Source of the DNA: Thermoleophilaceae bacterium
GTDB taxonomy: Bacteria; Actinomycetota; Thermoleophilia; Solirubrobacterales; Thermoleophilaceae
Length of the DNA stretch: 24,191 nt
Direction: 5' to 3'
Assembly (NCBI GenBank): GCA_035633575.1
Contig: DASQER010000280.1
Location: forward strand, 1 to 24,191
A program made the position numbers and the translations under genes. Below are positions 7,307-17,195 of this stretch, piece by piece (position 1 is the stretch's first letter; each line of letters opens with the position of its first letter). Under the pieces are notes generated by a model. It saw nothing but the letters and a program-made list of their open reading frames with translations. It ran no database searches and was not told the origin of the DNA.

Positions 7307-8784
7307 GGAGGTTCGTCTACCTCGGGCTGATCGTGGCGCTCCTGCCCTGGATCGTCATCGGGATAGTGCGCGAGGCGAGCGACGACGACACGAAGGACCA
7401 CTACTTCGTGCGCGCGATCTTCGACAACGCCTCGACGCTCGTGCCCGGGGAGGACGTGAAGGTCGCCGGCGTGCCGGTCGGCGTGATCAGCGACCTGGAC
7501 GTGACCGCCGACAAGAAGGCCTCGGTCACGCTCCGGATCGACGACGCCAACTTCATCCCCTGGAAGACGGACGCCAAGTGCAAGGTCGGGGCGCAGGGCC
7601 TGATCGGCGAGAAGTTCGTGGACTGCCAGCCCGGCTCGAGCTCGGCCGAGCCGCTCGCGCGCGTGGAACGCGGCGACGGCAAGGGCGAGCGCCTCCTGCC
7701 GGTGGAGCGCACCAGCTCGCCGGTCGACCTCGACCTCCTGGCCGACATCATGCGGCTGCCCTACCGGCAGCGCTTCGCGATCCTCCTGAGCGAGTTCGGC
7801 ACCGGCCTCGCCGGGCGCGGCGAGGAGCTGAACGAGGTGATCCACCGCGCGAACCCGGCGCTGCGGGAGACGGATCAGGTCCTGAAGATCCTCGCCGGCC
7901 AGAACCGCGTGCTCGCCCGCCTCGCGCGCGACTCCGACCAGGTGCTCGGCCCGCTTGCCCGCGAGCGCGAGTCGTTCGCCGACTTCGTGGTGCAGGCGAA
8001 CAGGACGGGCGAGGCCTCGGCCGAGCGGCGCGGAGACATCCGTCGCGGGATCCACCTGCTGCCGGGCTTCCTGCGCGAGCTGCGGCCTCTGATGGCCGAC
8101 CTCGAGGACTTCACGGACCAGGGCACGCCCCTGCTGACCGACCTGAACGCCGCCGCTCCGGCCCTCGGCCGCCTGATCAAGGCGCAGGGGACGCTCTCGG
8201 ACGCCTCGCGGGAGAGCTTCCCGAGCCTCGGCGACGCGCTGGAGCGCGGGCGCCCGGCGCTCATCGAGGCGCGGCCGCTGATCCGCGACCTGCGCGACCT
8301 GGGGAGGGAGCTCGCGCCCACGTCGGTGGACCTCGACCGGCTCACCAGGAGCCTCGACAGCACGGGCGCGATCGAGCGGCTGAACGAGTTCCTGTACTAC
8401 CTGGCGCTCGGCACGAACGGCTTCGACGGGCTCGGCCACTACCTGCGGGCGGGGCTCGTGACGAACGTCTGCTCGACCTACGCGCTCGACCCCAGCAGCT
8501 CCTGCCGGTCCACCTTCTTCGATCCCGGAGCCGAGGTCTCCTCGGCGGGCGGCGAGCTCGCGCCGGCCAACGCGGAGGCCAGCAGGCAGACCGGCGAGGG
8601 CAGCGTGGCTCCGACCGGCAGCCTGCTTCAGGACCTGCTCGGCCAGGGCGGCGACCCGACGGTCGGCAGGCGCCGCGAGCAGAACCTGGACGCGCTGCGG
8701 CGCCGCCATCAAATGGGTAGCTCGCCCGCGCTCGAGCAGGCGGAGCCGGCGCTCGACTACCTGCTCGGAGGTGAGGGGCAGTGA
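7303..8784 (+). CDS. MCE family protein 2
   Basis: ATGA overlap with the previous gene; TM then AIFDNASTLVPGEDVKVAGVPVGVI; low-complexity tail ending LDYLLGGEGQ. Confidence 0.93.
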   Translation: MRRFVYLGLIVALLPWIVIGIVREASDDDTKDHYFVRAIFDNASTLVPGEDVKVAGVPVGVISDLDVTADKKASVTLRIDDANFIPWKTDAKCKVGAQGLIGEKFVDCQPGSSSAEPLARVERGDGKGERLLPVERTSSPVDLDLLADIMRLPYRQRFAILLSEFGTGLAGRGEELNEVIHRANPALRETDQVLKILAGQNRVLARLARDSDQVLGPLARERESFADFVVQANRTGEASAERRGDIRRGIHLLPGFLRELRPLMADLEDFTDQGTPLLTDLNAAAPALGRLIKAQGTLSDASRESFPSLGDALERGRPALIEARPLIRDLRDLGRELAPTSVDLDRLTRSLDSTGAIERLNEFLYYLALGTNGFDGLGHYLRAGLVTNVCSTYALDPSSSCRSTFFDPGAEVSSAGGELAPANAEASRQTGEGSVAPTGSLLQDLLGQGGDPTVGRRREQNLDALRRRHQMGSSPALEQAEPALDYLLGGEGQ

Positions 8785-10208
8785 GCCCGCGCCGCGGCCA
8801 GGCCGCCCTCACCGCGAGCCCGGTGCTCGTGGGCGCCGTGACCGTGCTGGTCACGATCGTCGCCGTCTTCCTGTCGTACAACGCGAACTCCGGCCTGCCG
8901 TTCGTGCCTACGTACGACCTCAAGGCGAACCTGCCGAACGCCGCCCAGCTCGTGAAGGGCTTCGAGGTCCGGATCGGCGGCGCGCGTGTGGGCTTCCTCT
9001 CGAAGATCGAGCCGAAGAAGCGCGCCGACGGCTCCGCCTACGCGCAGGTCACGATGAAGCTCGACAAGTCGATTGAGCCGATCCCGGCGGACTCGACGCT
9101 GCTGGTGCGCCCGCGCTCCTCGCTCGGCCTCAAGTACATCGAGCTGACTCCCGGCGACGGCCGCGCGGGGCTCGCGGCGGGGTCCGTGATCCCGGTCCGC
9201 CAGGCGCGGCCCGCGGTGGTCGAGCTCGACGACCTCTTCAGCATGTTCGACGAGAAGACGCGGGTGGGCTCGCGCAACGCGCTCGACGGCTACGGGGGCG
9301 GCTTCGCGGGCAGGGGCCAGGACATCAACACCGCGATCGAGGCCTTGGTGCCGCTGCTGGCCGACCTCGAGCCGGTGGCGCGCAACCTCTCCGACCCCGA
9401 CACGCGGCTCGACCGCTTCTTCGCCTCGCTCGCCCGCGCGGCGGCGGAGGTGGCGCCCGTCGCCGAGGACCAGGCGTCCCTGTTCGTGAACCTGGACACG
9501 TCCTTCACGGCCCTGGCAGGGATCGCGCGGCCGTTCCTCCAGGAGACGATCACCGAGAGTCCCTTGAGCGAGCAGGTCGCCATCCGGGACTTCCCCCTCC
9601 AGCGACCGTTCATCCGCAACAACACGGCGTTCTTCCGCGAGCTTCGACCGGGCGTGGCGGTGCTGCCGCACGCCGCGCCGATCCTCGCCGACGCGTTCGA
9701 GGCGGGTACCGAGGTGCTGCCGAAGACCGTGCAGATGAACGAGGACCTGGCCGACGTCTTCGAGGCGCTGGCGGACTTCTCGGACGACCCGCTGGCGCGC
9801 CAGGGCATCCGCCAGCTCACCCGGCTGTCCAGCTCGCTGCGGCCGACGCTCCACTTCCTCACTCCCACGCAGACCACCTGCAACTACGTGACGATCTTCC
9901 TGCGCAACGTCGATAGCCTGCTCTCCGAGGGCGACGCGAACGGCAACTACCAGCGCTTCCTCGTGGTCTCGGCGCCGACCGACCCGCGCACCTTCGAGCT
10001 CGGCCCGAACAACGAGGGCGGCCCCTCCGAGGCGCCGGCAAACGGCCCCGGCCGCCACAACCACCTGCACGTGAACCCGTACCCGACCACGGCGGCGCCG
10101 GGGCAGACGGCCGAGTGCGAGGGCGGCAACGAGCGCTACGTGGCAGGGCAGACGGTCATCGGCAACATCCCTGGCAACCAGGGCCTGAAGACGGACGGGC
10201 AGCCATGA
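8781..10208 (+). CDS. MCE family protein 3
   Basis: GTGA overlap; TM then ANLPNAAQLVKGFEVRIGGARVG and RPRSSLGLKYIELTPG. Confidence 0.93.
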   Translation: MSPRRGQAALTASPVLVGAVTVLVTIVAVFLSYNANSGLPFVPTYDLKANLPNAAQLVKGFEVRIGGARVGFLSKIEPKKRADGSAYAQVTMKLDKSIEPIPADSTLLVRPRSSLGLKYIELTPGDGRAGLAAGSVIPVRQARPAVVELDDLFSMFDEKTRVGSRNALDGYGGGFAGRGQDINTAIEALVPLLADLEPVARNLSDPDTRLDRFFASLARAAAEVAPVAEDQASLFVNLDTSFTALAGIARPFLQETITESPLSEQVAIRDFPLQRPFIRNNTAFFRELRPGVAVLPHAAPILADAFEAGTEVLPKTVQMNEDLADVFEALADFSDDPLARQGIRQLTRLSSSLRPTLHFLTPTQTTCNYVTIFLRNVDSLLSEGDANGNYQRFLVVSAPTDPRTFELGPNNEGGPSEAPANGPGRHNHLHVNPYPTTAAPGQTAECEGGNERYVAGQTVIGNIPGNQGLKTDGQP

Positions 10209-11644
10209 GGCGCGGGCACGGCAGCCGCTTCACTCCCTTCCAGGCCGGCCTGATCGCTCTGATCGTGATCGTGATCGGCGCCTTCCTGGGCGCCTCCAAG
10301 GACATCCCGTTCACGAAGCCGTTCCAGCTGAAGGCGGCGTTCGAGAACGCGCCGCCGATCCACAAGGGCCAGGCGGTCCGGATCGCCGGCGTGGACGTGG
10401 GCAAGGTGTCCGCGGTCGAGCCCCTGGGCGGCGACTCGCCGGCCGTCGTCGTGACCATGAAGCTTAAGGACGAGGCGCTGCCGATCCACAGGGACGCGCA
10501 GATCAAGGTGCGCGAGCGCCTGTTCTTCGAGGGCAACCTGTTCTTCGACATCCGCCCGGGCACCCCGGACGCGGGCGACATCGGCGACGGCGGCACCATC
10601 CCCGCCTCCCAGACCTCGGCGCCGGTCCAGCTCGACCAGGTGCTCGGCACGCTGACGACGGACACCCGCGAGGACCTCCAGAAGCTCCTGATCGGCTACG
10701 GCGACGCGCTGAACGGCGAGCCGCAGCCGGGCGAGGACGACGACCAGGACCCGGCTACGAAGGGGCAGACCGGGGCCGAGGCGCTGAACGACTCGCTCAA
10801 GTACTCCGCCGGCGCGCTGCGCGGGGGCGCGGTGGTGAACGACGCGACGCTCGGCACCGACTTGCACGACCTCTCGAAGCTGATCGGGAGCCAGCAGAAG
10901 ATCTTCGCCGCGCTCTCGTCGCGCGAGGCGCCGCTGAAGGACCTGATCACCAACTTCAACATCACGATGGGCGCGCTCGCGGCGGAGGAGGCCGGCCTGC
11001 GCGGGACCATCCGCGAGCTGCCGCAGGTGCTCGAGGCGGCCCGCCCGGCGCTCGACAACCTGAATGCGGCCTTCCCGTCCACGCGCGCGTGGGCGCTCGA
11101 GATGATCCCCGGCGTCCGCGAGACGCCGGCGACGATCGACGCCGGCTTCCCGTGGATCCGCCAGACCAGCGCGCTGCTCTCGCCCGCCGAGCTGCAGGGC
11201 CTCGTGGACGACCTCCAGCCGGCCGTCGGCGACTTCGCGCAGTTCACGGAGGGGCAGCTCGACTTCCTGCCCGTGCTCGACGACTTCAACCGCTGCCAGC
11301 TCGAGGTGGTCCTGCCGACGCAGGAGCAGCGCATCGACGACGGCGCGCTCTCCACCGGCCTGCGCAACTACGAGGAGTTCTTCCAGACGATGGTCTCGCT
11401 CGCGGGCGAGTCCCAGAACTTCGACGGCAACGGCAGCTACGTGCGCTTCCAGGCCGGCGGCGGGCCCTTCGCGGTCCAGACCCCGCCGGTGGGGAGCAGC
11501 GGGCCGCTCCACTCGGGCGTCAGCGAGCAGCCGCTCGGCACGCGCCCGGCGAAGGCGCCGAAGCCCCCCTACCGCCCGAACGTGAAGTGCCACACGCAGA
11601 CGGTCCCGAACCTGAGCGACGCGCGGATCGGGGGCGGCCCGTGA
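10205..11644 (+). CDS. MCE family protein 4
   Basis: ATGA overlap; TM then AAFENAPPIHKGQAVRIAGVDVGKV. Confidence 0.93.
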   Translation: MRRGHGSRFTPFQAGLIALIVIVIGAFLGASKDIPFTKPFQLKAAFENAPPIHKGQAVRIAGVDVGKVSAVEPLGGDSPAVVVTMKLKDEALPIHRDAQIKVRERLFFEGNLFFDIRPGTPDAGDIGDGGTIPASQTSAPVQLDQVLGTLTTDTREDLQKLLIGYGDALNGEPQPGEDDDQDPATKGQTGAEALNDSLKYSAGALRGGAVVNDATLGTDLHDLSKLIGSQQKIFAALSSREAPLKDLITNFNITMGALAAEEAGLRGTIRELPQVLEAARPALDNLNAAFPSTRAWALEMIPGVRETPATIDAGFPWIRQTSALLSPAELQGLVDDLQPAVGDFAQFTEGQLDFLPVLDDFNRCQLEVVLPTQEQRIDDGALSTGLRNYEEFFQTMVSLAGESQNFDGNGSYVRFQAGGGPFAVQTPPVGSSGPLHSGVSEQPLGTRPAKAPKPPYRPNVKCHTQTVPNLSDARIGGGP

Positions 11645-13017
11645 GGCGCCAGATCAAGAAGCAGGCGCGGGTCTTCGTCGCGATCCTGTTCCTGTTCGTG
11701 ATCGCGCTCGGGGTCGGCGGCTACATCCTGTCCCACCAGCGCTTCTACCTGCCGGCGTGGGTACCGCTGGCGGGAACCGACTTCTACACGGTGAAGGCGG
11801 AGCTGCCCACCGGCCAGGCCGTGGTCCCGGGGCAGGGCCAGACGGTGAACATCGCCGGAGTGAAGATCGGCGAGGTCGGCTCGGTGGACCTCGAGGAAGG
11901 CAAGGCCGTGGTGGCCCTGCAGATCAAGGACGAGTACCGGCCGATCTACCGGGACTCGACGGTCCTGCTGCGCCCCAAGACCGGCCTCAAGGACATGTAC
12001 CTTGCACTCGACCCGGGCAACAGGCGCGCGGGCGAGCTCCGAGAGGGCGGCCGCGTGCGGGTGGCGAACACGCTCCCCGACGTGAACAGCGACGAGTTCC
12101 TCGCGCAGCTCGACACGGACACCCGCGCGTACCTCCAGATCCTGCTGAACGCCGGCGGCACCGCGTTCGACGACAAGGTCACGGGCGCTTCCAAGAAGTA
12201 CGACCAGACCGCGGCTCAGGACCTGCGCGAGGTCTTCAAGCGCTTCGAGCCCACGGCGCGCGACGGCAAGAAGATCACGGGGCTCCTGGGCGAGCGCCGC
12301 CACAACCTCCGGCGCGTGATCCACAACTTCCAGCAGTTCTCGACCGCGCTCGCCGAGCGCGATCGCCAGCTCGCCGCGCTGGTGGACTCGGCCAACGCGA
12401 ACTTCGAGGCCTTCGCCTCCGAGGAGGCGTCCCTGCGCGAGGCGCTGCGCCTGTTCCCGGGCGCGCTCGACCAGACCGAGCAGACGCTACGGAAGACGAG
12501 CACCCTGGCCGGGGAGCTCGGGCCCGCGCTCGAGCGCCTGCGCCCGTTCGCCCGCGAGCTGGCCCCGGCGCTTCGCAAGACGCGCCCGTTCTTCGACGAG
12601 ACCACCCCGATCATCCGCGACCAGATCCGCCCGTTCGCCCGCGACGTCCAGCCGGCGGTCCGCGACCTGCGCGCGGCGACGAACGACCTCGCGGTGGTCA
12701 CGCCACGGCTGGCGCGCAGCTTCGGGGTGCTGAACCGCTTCTTCAACGCGCTCGCATACAACCCGCCCGGCGACCGCGAGCCGTTCCTCTTCTGGGCCGC
12801 ATGGGGCGCGCACGCCGGCGCCACGCTGTTCAACCTCCAGGACGCGCACGGCCCGATCCGGCGCGGGATCGTGCTCGTGAGCTGCGGCGGATACGACGTG
12901 CTCGAGCAGGTGATCCTCGGAAACCCGCAGCTCGGCCTGCTCACCCGCCTCCTCAACCTGCCGCCCGAGGGCGAGGCCTGTCCCAACAACCGACCGCCCG
13001 ACGACAGAGTGCCGTGA
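11641..13017 (+). CDS. MCE family protein 5
   Basis: GTGA overlap; TM then GQAVVPGQGQTVNIAGVKIGEV and RPKTGLKDMYLALDPG. Confidence 0.93.
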   Translation: MRRQIKKQARVFVAILFLFVIALGVGGYILSHQRFYLPAWVPLAGTDFYTVKAELPTGQAVVPGQGQTVNIAGVKIGEVGSVDLEEGKAVVALQIKDEYRPIYRDSTVLLRPKTGLKDMYLALDPGNRRAGELREGGRVRVANTLPDVNSDEFLAQLDTDTRAYLQILLNAGGTAFDDKVTGASKKYDQTAAQDLREVFKRFEPTARDGKKITGLLGERRHNLRRVIHNFQQFSTALAERDRQLAALVDSANANFEAFASEEASLREALRLFPGALDQTEQTLRKTSTLAGELGPALERLRPFARELAPALRKTRPFFDETTPIIRDQIRPFARDVQPAVRDLRAATNDLAVVTPRLARSFGVLNRFFNALAYNPPGDREPFLFWAAWGAHAGATLFNLQDAHGPIRRGIVLVSCGGYDVLEQVILGNPQLGLLTRLLNLPPEGEACPNNRPPDDRVP

Positions 13018-14513
13018 TCAAGCAGACCCCCAGCTTCGGCCGCATCTTCGCGATGGTCGCGTTCGGCCTCTCCTGCTTCGGCATCCTCGTCTTCCTGTGG
13101 CTGAACTTCGGCGGCTCGGTGCCGCTCCAGCCGGTGGGCTACCGGGTGACGGTCGGCTTCCCGGAGGCCACCCAGCTCGCCCAGGAGGCCGACGTGCGGA
13201 TCTCCGGCGTGCGCGTCGGGCGGGTGAAGAAGAAGGAGCCGAACGAGCTCACGGGCCTCACCGACACCGAGATCGAGATCGACGCGCGCTACGCGCCGAT
13301 CCCGAAGGACACGCGCGCGATCCTGCGCCAGAAGACGCTGCTCGGCGAGACGTACGTGGAGCTCTCGCCCGGAACGGCCGCGGCCGAGAACGTCCCGGAC
13401 GGAGGCACCCTGGCCGCCGGCAGGGTCGCGGAGACTGTCGAGCTCGACGAGATCCTGCGCGGCTTCGACCCGGTGACCCGCCAGCGCTTCTCGATCTGGT
13501 TCGACCAGGCCGGGCGGGCGGCGAAGGGCAATGCCGAGCCGCTCAACGACGCGCTCGCGAACCTCACCCCGTTTGCGGACGAGACGGACGACGTGCTCAA
13601 GGTCCTGCGCCAGCAGAGCGGCGCCACCCGGCGCTTCGTGCGCGACACGGGCTACGTCTTCGACGCGCTCAGCGAGCGCAAGGGCCAGCTGCGCGAGCTG
13701 ATCAGGAACTCGAACCGCACCTGGGAGGCGTTCGCGAGCCGCGACGCCCAGCTCGCCGACACCTTCCGCGTGTTCCCCACCTTCCTGCGCGAGGCCCGCG
13801 CCACCACGGAGCGCGTGACCTCCTTCGCGAACGTGACCGACCCGCTGATCACGCAGCTGCGGCCGGCGGCGCGCGAGCTGTCGCCCACGCTGGTCGACCT
13901 GGACGCCCTGGCGCCCGACCTGAAGGGCCTCTTCGAGGACCTCGACCCGCTGGTGCGGGTCTCGCGGCGCGGCCTGCCGGCGACCACGCAGGTGCTCGAC
14001 AACACCCGTCCGCTGCTGGGCCGGCTCGACCCGTTCCTGCGCAACCTGACCCCGATCGTCGACTACCTCGGCTTCTACCGGCGCGAGATCGCGGCGTTCT
14101 TCGCGAACGACGCCGCGGCCACGCAGGGCACGGAGCAGAGCTTCAACGACACCTCGAAGTTCCTGCACTACCTGCGCACGACCAACCCGGTGAACCCGGA
14201 GATGATGGCGGGCTGGCCGTTCCGCCTGAGCACCAACCGCTCGAACCCGTACACCGAGCCGGGCGGCTACGACAAGCTGCGGACCGAGGGCCACCTCGAG
14301 GTGTTCGGCGACTACCTCTGCACGGACAACCCCGTGCCGCCCACTCCCGAGCCGAACGAATGGCTCTCGGCCAGCGTGCTGGCCCAGATCGACCAGTTCA
14401 TCTTCGGCGGCGACCAGAACCGCGGCAAGGCGCCCCCCTGCGACCCGCAGGCGCCGCTCGGCCGCCTGGTCGGCCAGTCCGGCATGTACCCGCGCCTGCA
14501 GCCACTGCCGTAG
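13014..14513 (+). CDS. MCE family protein 6
   Basis: GTGA overlap; TM then FPEATQLAQEADVRISGVRVGRV and RQKTLLGETYVELSPG. Confidence 0.93.
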   Translation: MIKQTPSFGRIFAMVAFGLSCFGILVFLWLNFGGSVPLQPVGYRVTVGFPEATQLAQEADVRISGVRVGRVKKKEPNELTGLTDTEIEIDARYAPIPKDTRAILRQKTLLGETYVELSPGTAAAENVPDGGTLAAGRVAETVELDEILRGFDPVTRQRFSIWFDQAGRAAKGNAEPLNDALANLTPFADETDDVLKVLRQQSGATRRFVRDTGYVFDALSERKGQLRELIRNSNRTWEAFASRDAQLADTFRVFPTFLREARATTERVTSFANVTDPLITQLRPAARELSPTLVDLDALAPDLKGLFEDLDPLVRVSRRGLPATTQVLDNTRPLLGRLDPFLRNLTPIVDYLGFYRREIAAFFANDAAATQGTEQSFNDTSKFLHYLRTTNPVNPEMMAGWPFRLSTNRSNPYTEPGGYDKLRTEGHLEVFGDYLCTDNPVPPTPEPNEWLSASVLAQIDQFIFGGDQNRGKAPPCDPQAPLGRLVGQSGMYPRLQPLP

Positions 14514-14531
14514 GCGTCCACGGGGTTCTCC

Positions 14532-14537
14532 TAAGCT
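14532..14537 (+). promoter_or_regulatory. Putative -10 element (TAAGCT) of a leaderless promoter for the MMPL gene
   Basis: TANNNT exactly 6 nt before GTG 14544; no Shine-Dalgarno upstream. Confidence 0.55.
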
Positions 14538-14543
14538 GACTGC

Positions 14544-17195
14544 GTGATCGAGCGCGCGCTTCGACGCCTCGTGCAGTCCGTGACGCGGCGGCCGCTGGTG
14601 GTCCTGGGGCTCGTCGCGCTGCTCGCGCTCGGCGGCGGCGCGCTGGCGCTGCGGCTCCAGCCGAGCGCGGCCACGGAGACGCTCGTGGACCGCGGCTCGG
14701 AGAGCTTCAGGGACACCCAGCGCTTCAAGCACGACTTCGGCGACGAGGCGATCCTCGTGCTCGTGCACGGGGAGCTCACGCGCACCGTGCTCACGGCGGA
14801 CATCAACCGCGTGCTGCGGCTCGAGGGCTGTCTCGGCGGCAACGTGCCCGACACGAAGAAGGGCCTCGGGAGCCTGCCGCCCGTCTGCCGCGAGATCGCG
14901 GAGCTCCGGCCGGCCAAGGTCGTGTACGGGCCGGCCACGTTCGTCAACACCGCCGTCGGCCAGATCCAGGACCAGCTCGCGAAGGAGCAGCAGCGGGCCG
15001 CGACGCAGGCGCAGCAGGCCGCCGAGGCCGCACGCCGGCTCTCGAAGCGCCGCGGCGACCCGAGGTCGGAGCAGGAGCGCCTCGCGCGCGCGGCCGCCGA
15101 GGCGGTGCAGGCGCAGTTCCTGAACGACGCCATCAAGCTCGCCCTGCGCTACGGCATCACGGGCATCCCGCGCATCAACGACCCAACGTTCGTCTCCACG
15201 CTCGTGTTCGACAGGACCGCGGGCGAGCCGGGGGTGCCGAAGTCGCGCTTCGCCTACCTGTTCCCGTCGAAGAACGCGGCGCTGATCCAGATCCGGCTGC
15301 GCCCCGACCTGACCGACGCGGAGCGCAACCGTGCGATCGACCTGATCCGGACGGCCACGGGCGAGGGGACCTTCAGGCCGCGCGAGGGCGCGCGCTACAT
15401 CGTCACGGGAGTGCCGGTGGTGGCGGAGGGGCTCGCCGACGCCGTGCAGCGCTCCATCTTCGTCCTGCTCGGGGCGGCCATGCTGCTGATGGCCGCGACG
15501 CTGGCGCTCGTGTTCCGCTCGCGCCTGCGGCTGCTGCCGCTCGCGCTGGCGCTGGCCGCCGCGGCGATGACCTTCGGCGCGCTCTCGCTCGCCGGCGGCA
15601 GCCTCACGATGGCCTCGATCGCGGCGCTGCCGGTCCTGATCGGCCTTGCCGTGGACTACGCCATCCAGTTCCAGGCGCGCTTCAACGAGGCCGAGGCCCG
15701 CGGCGAGCCCGAGCCCGCCGTCGCGGCCGCCGTGGCCGGCGGCCCCACCATCCTGACCGCGGGACTGGCGACGGCCACGGGCTTCCTCGTGCTGCTGCTC
15801 TCGCCGGTTCCGATGGTGCGCGGCTTCGGCGTGCTGCTCGTGCTCGGCATCGTGCTGGCGCTCGGCTGTGCGCTCTGCGCCGGCTTCGCCGCGCTGGCGC
15901 GCTTCCGCGGCGTGGCGCGGGAGCGCGGGCCGTCGCGGCTCGCGGCACGGGCGGCGGCGCTCGGGGCGCACCCGCGCGTGCACGGCGCGCGCGAGTGGCT
16001 CGCGGACCGCTCCTGGCGCACGCTCGGCGTGGCGCTCGCGCGGCCGCGGCGCGTGCTGGCGATAGGGCTGGCCGTGGCAGTCGTGGGGCTCGCGCTCGAC
16101 ACGCAGAGCGAGGTCGTCTCGGACGTGCGCGAGCTGGTGCCGCAGGACCTCCAGGCCCTGCGCGACGTGAACGTGCTCCAGGAGGAGACCGGCGTGTCCG
16201 GCGAGATCGACGTGACCGTCCGCGCCGACGACATCACCGCCCCGGGCGTGATCGCCTGGATGACCCGCTTCCAGGAGCGCGTGCTGCGCGAGCACGGCTT
16301 CCGTCCCGGCAAGCGCTGCACCCAGAAGCGCGATGCGCCCGAGCTCTGCCCGGCGCTGTCGCTGCCCGACCTCTTCAGCACCGCCGGCGGCGGCCAGGGC
16401 GAGGTGCGCCGGCTGCTCGACGGGGTGCCGCCCTACTTCTCGCAGGGCGTCGTGACGGCGGATCGCAGGACGGCCAACCTCGCCTTCGGGATCAGGCTGA
16501 TGCCGCTCGACCGCCAGAAGCAGGTCGTGGACGACATCAAGGCGGCGCTGAAGCCGCCCGAGGGCGTGGAGGCCTCGGTAGTCGGCCTGCCCGTGCTCGC
16601 GGCGGAGGCCAACGGCGCGCTCTCCTCGCCGTGGCGCCGGGCGCTCACGCTCGTGGCGGCGCTGCTCGGCGTGTTCCTCGTGCTCTTCGCCGCCCGCCGC
16701 TCAGGGCGCGAGGCGGCCGTGCCGCTGATCCCGATCGCGCTCGCCACCGGCTGGTCGGGTCTCGTGCTGTTCGTCCTCGGCCTGCTCCCGGGACCGCTCG
16801 AGGTGGACCTGAACCCGATGTCGGTCACGCTCGGGGCGCTCGTGATCGCGATCTCCACCGAGTTCAGCGTGCTGCTCTCCTCGCGCTACCGCCAGGAGCG
16901 CGAGGGAGGCGCGGGCCCGGCCCGGGCGATCGAGCTGGCCTACGCGTCGACCGGCGCCGCCGTGCTGGCGTCGGGCGCCACCGCCATCGCCGGGTTCGCC
17001 GCGCTGATCTTCTCGGACATCCGCATGCTGCGCGACTTCGGCATCGTGACCGTCGTGGACCTGACCGTGTCCCTGCTCGGGGTGATGATCGTGCTGCCCG
17101 CGTCCCTGGTGTGGGCTGAGCAGCACGGCCCGTTCCGGGTCCGCGACCTGCTGGCAGCGCTCCGGCTCAGCCGCCCCCAGGCCGACACGCCGTGA
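14544..17195 (+). CDS. MMPL/RND-superfamily transporter
   Basis: 883 aa with two-repeat topology (TM, large extracytoplasmic domain, TM bundle, twice); GLAVDY motif in the first repeat and GVPVVA/GLPVLA loop-to-TM motifs. Confidence 0.9.
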   Translation: MIERALRRLVQSVTRRPLVVLGLVALLALGGGALALRLQPSAATETLVDRGSESFRDTQRFKHDFGDEAILVLVHGELTRTVLTADINRVLRLEGCLGGNVPDTKKGLGSLPPVCREIAELRPAKVVYGPATFVNTAVGQIQDQLAKEQQRAATQAQQAAEAARRLSKRRGDPRSEQERLARAAAEAVQAQFLNDAIKLALRYGITGIPRINDPTFVSTLVFDRTAGEPGVPKSRFAYLFPSKNAALIQIRLRPDLTDAERNRAIDLIRTATGEGTFRPREGARYIVTGVPVVAEGLADAVQRSIFVLLGAAMLLMAATLALVFRSRLRLLPLALALAAAAMTFGALSLAGGSLTMASIAALPVLIGLAVDYAIQFQARFNEAEARGEPEPAVAAAVAGGPTILTAGLATATGFLVLLLSPVPMVRGFGVLLVLGIVLALGCALCAGFAALARFRGVARERGPSRLAARAAALGAHPRVHGAREWLADRSWRTLGVALARPRRVLAIGLAVAVVGLALDTQSEVVSDVRELVPQDLQALRDVNVLQEETGVSGEIDVTVRADDITAPGVIAWMTRFQERVLREHGFRPGKRCTQKRDAPELCPALSLPDLFSTAGGGQGEVRRLLDGVPPYFSQGVVTADRRTANLAFGIRLMPLDRQKQVVDDIKAALKPPEGVEASVVGLPVLAAEANGALSSPWRRALTLVAALLGVFLVLFAARRSGREAAVPLIPIALATGWSGLVLFVLGLLPGPLEVDLNPMSVTLGALVIAISTEFSVLLSSRYRQEREGGAGPARAIELAYASTGAAVLASGATAIAGFAALIFSDIRMLRDFGIVTVVDLTVSLLGVMIVLPASLVWAEQHGPFRVRDLLAALRLSRPQADTP

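Noticed and set aside
6356-7734. Exact 24-nt repeat ACCAGCTCGCCGGTCGACCTCGAC at 6356-6379 and 7711-7734
   Set aside because: It encodes the conserved TSSPVDLD motif at the end of the MCE domain in two paralogues. Protein conservation plus restricted codon choice explains it; it is not a mobile or CRISPR repeat.
13050-13080. FGLSC in MCE protein 6 as a possible lipobox
   Set aside because: Position -3 is Gly rather than L/V/I, and the Cys is followed by more hydrophobic TM residues.
12216-16295. 1359-aa minus-strand ORF, and other long antisense or off-frame ORFs (78-2048 +, 7147-8712 -, 8757-10070 -, 10136-11593 -, 20804-22435 -, 20887-22926 +)
   Set aside because: Shadow ORFs of real genes. 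High GC3 suppresses stop codons in these frames, and the translations are low-complexity (Arg/Ala/Gly/Pro-rich) with no family motifs.
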